Positions 58,401-64,000 of a DNA stretch of 64,000 bases are shown here, in pieces. Every line of letters begins with the position of its first letter. Position 1 is the stretch's first letter. The DNA is taken from the NCBI RefSeq assembly GCF_006345805.1, contig NC_042997.1, forward strand, positions 182,838,001 through 182,902,000, given 5' to 3'. Source of the DNA: Octopus sinensis (Eukaryota). The translations under genes were made by a program, and so were the position numbers. The notes beneath the pieces were generated by a model. That model was not told the DNA's origin, made no database searches, and saw only the letters and a list, made by a program, of their open reading frames with translations.

Positions 58401-61400
58401 CCTTGGATTGCAGGACGGCCTGCTGTGCTTACCTTGGATCGTAGGGCAACCTGCTGTGCTTGAAGAGACCCATTGAGTCAAGTACATCAACATCAAAAGA
58501 AAAATCAAATGGAAATTGTAGTTGTGATACCTGTGCTGGTGGCACGTAAAAAGCACCATCCAAACGTGGCCGATGCCAGTGCCACCTTGACTGGCTCCGT
58601 GCTGGTGGCACATAAAAAGCACCATCTGATCATGGCCGTTGCCAGCCTCCCCTGGCACCTGTGCCGTGGCACATAAAAAGCACCCACTACACTCACGACG
58701 TGGTTGGTGTTAGGAAGAGCATCCAGCAGTAGAAACACTACCAGATCAGACTGGAGCCTGGTGCAGCCTCCTGGCTTACCAGAGCCTGGTCGAACCATCC
58801 AACCCATGCTAGCATGGAAAATGGACGTTAAACGATGAGGATGATAATGATCTCATGCAAAAATGCAAAATGTTGACATTCATGTAGACACGCAAACAGG
58901 CTTCCAGTTATCAATTTCACTCAAAAGATATTGGCCAATCTAAAGCTATAATAGAAAATATTTGTCCAAAATGACAAGCAGTAAGCTTGAACCCAAACCC
59001 ACATGGTTACAAAGTAAACATAAAATCGAAATAGGTTTCATTAGAAAATCCATCAGTTCGGTTGCTGATCATCTACAAACATCAAATTGACTTTATTAGA
59101 GTACTACTGACATCTGGGATAGTACTGCTGCTATTTATATACAGTCAAGTGTCAAAGACTCACTCACTAATACCCTACAATTACTAGCTCACAGATGTGC
59201 TGTTCTCTTGTCATACTTACTATGTTTCATTATCCCTCCGTCAAATTCTGCACTACTTTTACCAATCATGTCACAAGAATTTCCCCTCTGCCAAGGCTTT
59301 TCTACAAACTTTCACCAACAGAAGTTCAAACTGAACACAAACTACATCCATCTCATCAGTTTGTGAAGGGTTATTAAAGTCATACGTGCTATTCTTCCTA
59401 CTAATCAAGAATTTTATTTTCTTAAACAAGAAAACTACTTACGGAGAAGCAAAGATTGAGCTTGTGCTAAATTTTGAACACTAAAGGCAATCCATTTGTA
59501 AAAAATCAATATATCAAGGTAGCCAAAAATAGAGAGGAGGAAAATGACTTGTGGAATAAATTCACAAAATATGTTCATTGGTCTTGCAAAATATCTGAAA
59601 CAAAAAAAAAATGATTTAATCTTAATTCTCATCTATTCAAACTAGATTGGAAACTACTTATTATGATCAGGGAAAATGTTAATAAACGCTTATTATTACC
59701 AAGATTTAACTCCTATTTCTAACAAATCAGGTGACCCATGTTGAGGTTCTCTTATTGGCAACCCTGGAAGAATTAAAATTTAATTTATTCATTCCAAGGA
59801 AATTCAACCTGGACTAAGATAAACATAAGATAAGAATCCAAGTTGCAGAAAAAAGCTTTTTGTAGAAAAGTTACATGATCTGAAGATCAATAAAGCTACT
59901 TTAATTAGCAATGCTTGATTTTAGTAAAGCAAACCCTTAATTACTGGTTTAAATATATCCCTTGACAATATGATTTATCACCATCGCTATACAAAGCAGT
60001 TCATAGTGACAAGCTAGGGACCACAATTTCTAATCACTGGGTAAACAGAATATTATTGTAGTCATGGCAGGCCACACAGAAAATGGCTTAGATGTGAATT
60101 AACATAAAGTTAATAAGACTATTATATATAGTTTATGACATCAATAAGAAAAAAAAAATTTTTTATGCAAATAGTTTAAATTATTTGCTCTGTCACTTAC
60201 AGATTATTTATCAAACTGAGGAAAACACCAAACAGCATGTGAACAACAGCAATTACCACAGACATCTTCATTTTGTATGAATTTGTAAATGACAGTTTGT
60301 TTTTAGTCATTTGCCAAATCTGAAAAACAGAACATTAACATCATAATAATAATAATAATAATAATAATTTCTACTAAAGGCACAAGGCCCGATATTTTGG
60401 GGGAGAGAACTAGTCGATTACATCGACCCCAGTATTTCACTGGTACTTAATTTATCAACCTGGAAAGGATGAAAGGCAAAGCCAATCTCTCATCCTTTCG
60501 GGGTCAATAAATTAAGTACCAATGAAACACTGGGGGGGGGTCGATGTAATTGACTAGTCCCCTTCCCAAAAATAATAATGATGATTTCAAATTTTGGCAA
60601 AAGGCCAGCAATTTCAGGGGAGGAAGTAAGTTGATTACATGGACCCTAGGGTTCAACGGGTACTTATTTTATCAACTCTGACAGGATGAAAGGCAAAGTC
60701 AATCCCAATGGTATTTGAACTCTGAATGTAAAGCCAGAAGAAATGCTGCTAAGCATTGAGTCCAATGCACTAACAGTTCTGCCAGTTTGAGCCTTAATAA
60801 TAATCCTTTCTATTATAGGCACAAGGCCTAAAATTTGTGGGGTGGGGTTAGTCAATTACATCGACTCCAGTGTTTCACTGGTACTTAATTTATTGACCCC
60901 GAAAGGATGAAAGGCAAAGTCAACCTTGCCAGAATTTGAACTCAGAACATAAAGACAGATGAAATGTTGCTAAGCAATTTGCCCAGCATGATAATGATTT
61001 TGCTAGCACACTACCTTAAATAATAATAAGCTTATTGTATACAGTGCTCAGGTGCACTATTTATCAGGAAAAAAATTAAAGAGGCAACAGAATATTGCTA
61101 TAAATCAAGTAAAGATAGTGAGATAGAGATGATAGCCAAAATACACAGGATAAAAACAAAAAGACTGAAAAGTGAAGAGCAAGTGAGCCATAAAGAGGAA
61201 AGTGTCCATAGGCACATCAGAAGTAATGTTGGTAAATTTCAGGAAGCATGGAATTTTTCAAGAATGTAGTATCTTGACAGTTATCAACTAATGTGGGTAG
61301 CTTATTCTATGCCTCAGTAATTCTGAATGCAATGAAATTTTTCTGAAAAATAATGAGTGTTATACTGTTTTTGCTTTAATATGCATGTCCACAAGTGGTA

Positions 61401-64000
61401 GAGGTGCCCATGTTGCTGTTGGAAAGATGGTATATAATCTTATGGGCTTCTACCAAGTCAGCTGCTAGATATCAAAACTTTGGTACATTGATGCCCAGAG
61501 AAGCAATATGTTCAGAATATGGTAACTGACAGAAGGTATTCACCTGGTTACATGTTTCTCAACTGCTTCCAGTAGATTGATATTTTGGATAAGATGGAAT
61601 TCCAGACTGGAAATGCAAACTGTGAAACTGCTGAAATCTTCTGTGTTGCACTTTAGGGGTTTCTAACACATTTATATGGTACTGATGCATCGCATGCAAC
61701 CCAGATTGAATTAAGAATGTGCTGAATGATGGTATTGATATCTACAGAATTAAAAAACAGCACACCAATTTGGGCAGTTACAATCGAACTTCGAGTCAGC
61801 TTTGTTCCAGGCAAAATGGTTAATTTGAAGGTAGTGATGGCTTTTCTTTCTACCCATAAGAGATAAAAAGGTAATGACCATAGCATGATCAGAGTTACCA
61901 TAAGGTTCCCTAATAGTGATGCTGGTAAGTTTCAGAAGCAGTGATGAATACAGCTCCAACATGTTGTAACCCCTTGTCAAGGAGTTGACTACTTGGGACT
62001 AGTTTGAATTAAAGAAAGGGAAAATCATTTGCACTTTCCTTCTTTGGGGAATTGAAATCACCAGTTACAAAAACATAGATGGCTGTTTTTGTAGATGCAG
62101 CTGTGATGATACCAAAAAGCAGTGTATGTTGATTGTAGTTTGGTGGGGTGATAAACAACTGTGAGTAAAAGTGTTGGCGTGGTTATACAAATGTCAAGGA
62201 AAAATACCTCTTGCTATGACTGGTTCAAGTTATTGCAAGGAAAAGCTGTGGAGCTTAAATGGATATGGACCATTGCACTACCCTAATCCATGGGAATTAT
62301 TATGCTCTTTGCAAAACAAATTGAAGCTAGTCATACCAAAACTACCTTTTAGAATAATGTTCCCATGTTTCTGTGACTGTTTCTGTCCCCCAACAAATGA
62401 AGTGAGTCCTGACAAATGAAGTGAGTCCCCAACAAATGAAGTGAGTCCCCGACAAATGAAGTGAGTTCATGACTCCTGACAAATGAAGTGAATTCATGGC
62501 TCGCAGGACAGTCTGTTGTGCTAACATTGGATCGTAGAGTGACCCACTGTACTTGAGGAGACCTATTGAGTCAAGTACGTCAACATCAACATAAAAATCA
62601 AATGGAAATTGTAGTTGTGATACCCATGCCAGTGGCACGTAAAAAGCACCATCCAAACGTGGCTGATGCTAGTGCCACCTGACTGGCGTCCGTGTCGGTG
62701 ACACGTAAAAAGCAACAACCGATCGTCCGTTTGCCAGCCTCCTCTAGCCCCTGTGCTGGTGGCACGTAAAAAGCACCCACTACATTCACGGAGTCTCTTC
62801 TTTCTTGAGACAGCATTCACCCGGGGTGGATTGAGCTGGCTTCATTCATCCTCAATGCTGAGTGGTTGGAGTTAGGAAGGGAATCCAGCTGTAGAAACAG
62901 TGCCAGATCAAACTGGAGCCTGGCACAGCCTCCTGGCTTCCCAGACCCCGATCGAACTGTCCAACCAATGCTAGCATAGAAAATGGACGTTAAACGATGA
63001 TGATCAGTTAAGACAGCAACACTTTTTTTTTTACATTGATTTTAAATGTATTTGACCATGAAAATTTAGATAGTTACCTCAAACTGACAACAACTGTTCT
63101 TTGAGAAAAGGATTTATCTTAGTTACACTTCCTCTTTTCAAATACTCTAATCAACAAGAGGAACTGATAGCCATTTCATAACAACGTAGTTAGAATGAAA
63201 TACAGTGAAATATATTTATATTTTAAAAAATCACAATGCAACTTGTAAATTCATGAAATATAAATCACAAGACCAAAATTCTAACAACACTGATATTGCG
63301 TCTCATGTTATTGCACCTTGTCATCATCATCATCATCATTTAGCGTCCGTTCTCCATGCTAGCATGGGTTGGACGGTTCAACTGGGGTCTGTGAAGCTGG
63401 AAGGCTTCATCAGGCCCAGTCAGATCTGGCAGTGTTTCTACGGCTGGATGCCCTTCCTAACGCCAACTACTCCGTGAGTGTAGTGGGTGCTTTTTACGTG
63501 CCACCCGCACAGGTGCCAGACAGAGCTGGCAAACGGCCACGAACGGATGGTGCTTTTACGTGTCACCGGCACGGGGGCCAGGCGAGGCTGGCAACGGCCA
63601 CGAACGGATGGTGCTTTTACGTGTCACCGGCACGGGGGCCAGACAGAGCTGGCAAACGGCCATGAACAGATGGTGCTTTTACATGTCACTGGCACGTGAT
63701 ATTGCAAAATAACTATAGCAACCATAGTTAAGTTTACATTATAAAATACAAACATAGGGTTTACAAATTCAGAGAAAATACAGTATAAAAATATTGGATT
63801 TATAATTAAGAGCTTCCATCAATCTTTTTTTTTTTTTTTTTTAAATCTGACTAGCTTCATAAAATTCAAAAGATAACAGAAAAATAACAAAAATGTCAGA
63901 AATAGAAAGAAATAACTCACAGGATCTAAACCAAATGGATAAGGCTGTCCTGTAGCAAATGTTTGATTTGGATCAAACTGGAGTAGAGTGTTCTCTCTCA
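49276..64000 (-). CDS. ATP6V0A: V-type proton ATPase 116 kDa subunit a (V0 a), C-terminal membrane domain; 9 exons in window, gene continues beyond 64000
   Basis: Phase-consistent GT-AG exons encode [56 protein letters not shown] and [23 protein letters not shown]. The essential TM7 Arg and TM8 Glu/His/Arg are intact. Confidence 0.96.
50200..50374 (-). CDS. ATP6V0A: V0 a exon ([14 protein letters not shown]...[18 protein letters not shown])
   Basis: ctttcag| ... |gtaagt, 175 nt, phase 1/2. Confidence 0.97.
50763..50983. mobile_element. piggyBac-type MITE (221 bp)
   Basis: TTAA|ccctttag ... ctaaaggg|TTAA. Confidence 0.85.
51774..51891 (-). CDS. ATP6V0A: V0 a exon ([39 protein letters not shown])
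   Basis: ttttgcag| ... |gtaaat, 118 nt, phase 0/1; signature with the essential Arg. Confidence 0.97.
51945..52130 (+). mobile_element. RTE-clade LINE reverse transcriptase fragment
   Basis: [43 protein letters not shown] matches the RTE RT N-terminal motif (W..S.IV..YKGKGD..NYRGI.LL). Confidence 0.82.
52465..52554 (-). CDS. ATP6V0A: V0 a acidic loop exon ([30 protein letters not shown])
   Basis: atttcag| ... |gtttgt, 90 nt, phase 0/0; acidic loop preceding FNFGD. Confidence 0.8.
52690..53045. repeat. Degenerate (TATG)n with 9/18-bp higher-order periodicity
   Basis: gcaatgtatgttatgtat is repeated three times at 52911-52964. Confidence 0.85.
53458..53508 (-). CDS. ATP6V0A: V0 a short loop exon ([17 protein letters not shown])
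   Basis: Strong pyrimidine tract, attccag| ... |gtatgt, 51 nt, open frame, phase 0/0, GC-richer than its flanks. It lies in the variable loop, so there is no motif support. Confidence 0.7.
54520..54922 (-). mobile_element. Family A SINE, full length
   Basis: Reverse complement of family A. Confidence 0.88.
55408..55512 (-). CDS. ATP6V0A: V0 a exon ([35 protein letters not shown])
   Basis: attttag| ... |gtatgc, 105 nt, phase 0/0; CVPWML..KP motif. Confidence 0.95.
56296..56682 (-). mobile_element. Family A SINE, full length
   Basis: Reverse complement of family A. Confidence 0.88.
57075..57130 (-). CDS. ATP6V0A: V0 a exon ([19 protein letters not shown])
   Basis: T-tract and cag| ... |gtaagt, 56 nt, phase 1/0; matches the I.MFLF...LY..Q motif. 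Confidence 0.9.
57222..57590 (+). mobile_element. CR1-type LINE 3' end
   Basis: [26 protein letters not shown]; same UTR as 35520. Confidence 0.82.
58328..58851 (+). mobile_element. Family C retroposon, long variant
   Basis: 5' extension (ttgagtcaagtac.tcaacatcaa..aaatcaaatggaaattgtagttgtgatacc) shared with 62500-63004. Confidence 0.8.
59443..59594 (-). CDS. ATP6V0A: V0 a exon ([50 protein letters not shown])
   Basis: gtttcag| ... |gtaagt, 152 nt, phase 2/1. Confidence 0.95.
60201..60319 (-). CDS. ATP6V0A: V0 a exon ([40 protein letters not shown])
   Basis: ttttcag| ... |gtaagt, 119 nt, phase 0/2. Confidence 0.95.
60368..61020. mobile_element. Cluster of four family B variant SINE pieces within (AAT)n, including a fold-back pair
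   Basis: Nin-like core at ~60420-60485 (-), 60490-60560 (+), 60630-60795 (-) and 60850-61020 (-), separated by aataat. Confidence 0.8.
61030..62160 (-). mobile_element. Decayed, internally deleted CR1-type LINE (endonuclease remnant plus 3' end)
   Basis: [15 protein letters not shown] (APE SDH motif), FAFPVWN, and the 3' end tgcacctgagcactgtatacaataa shared with the 35520 family. Confidence 0.65.
62386..62500. repeat. 20-bp minisatellite (acaaatgaagtgagtcccc.) x5
   Basis: Direct reading. Confidence 0.9.
62500..63004 (+). mobile_element. Family C retroposon, long variant with a 69-bp insertion
   Basis: Colinear with 58400-58851 except for 62795-62863. Confidence 0.8.
63321..63696 (-). mobile_element. 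Family C retroposon, inverted, with four ~60-bp internal units
   Basis: ggtgcttttacgtgtcaccggcac..gctggca(a)acggccacgaacggat repeated at 63486-63696. Confidence 0.82.
63921..64000 (-). CDS. ATP6V0A: V0 a exon, truncated by window edge (..[26 protein letters not shown])
   Basis: Donor gtgagt (plus-strand actcac 63915-63920); PYPFG.DP motif. Confidence 0.92.

Overview
AT-rich, microsatellite- and retroposon-dense animal genomic DNA; the repeat families suggest an octopod cephalopod (inference). Two spliced genes converge tail-to-tail. On the + strand are 11 coding exons (5872-42723, 425 aa plus stop, all GT-AG and phase-consistent) of an SLC7 L-type amino acid transporter light chain, whose N-terminus lies upstream of the window. 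On the - strand are the last 9 coding exons (64000-49276) of a V-ATPase V0 subunit a. The introns hold several tRNA-derived SINE families, CR1/L2, RTE and Dong/R4 LINE fragments, a Gypsy pol fragment, Helitrons, piggyBac-type MITEs and fold-back elements. No CRISPR array, rRNA or convincing tRNA gene was seen, and I found no clearly new multi-gene system. The best leads are: a bulky Phe at the substrate-pocket Gly of the transporter's TM6; a 104-bp inverted templated insertion with end-joining-like junctions; a TGT...ACA long-TIR element with a 5-bp TSD; closely spaced inverted SINE pairs that could form dsRNA; and (TAA)n-targeted elements. All alignments and identities were judged by eye, and repeat boundaries are approximate.
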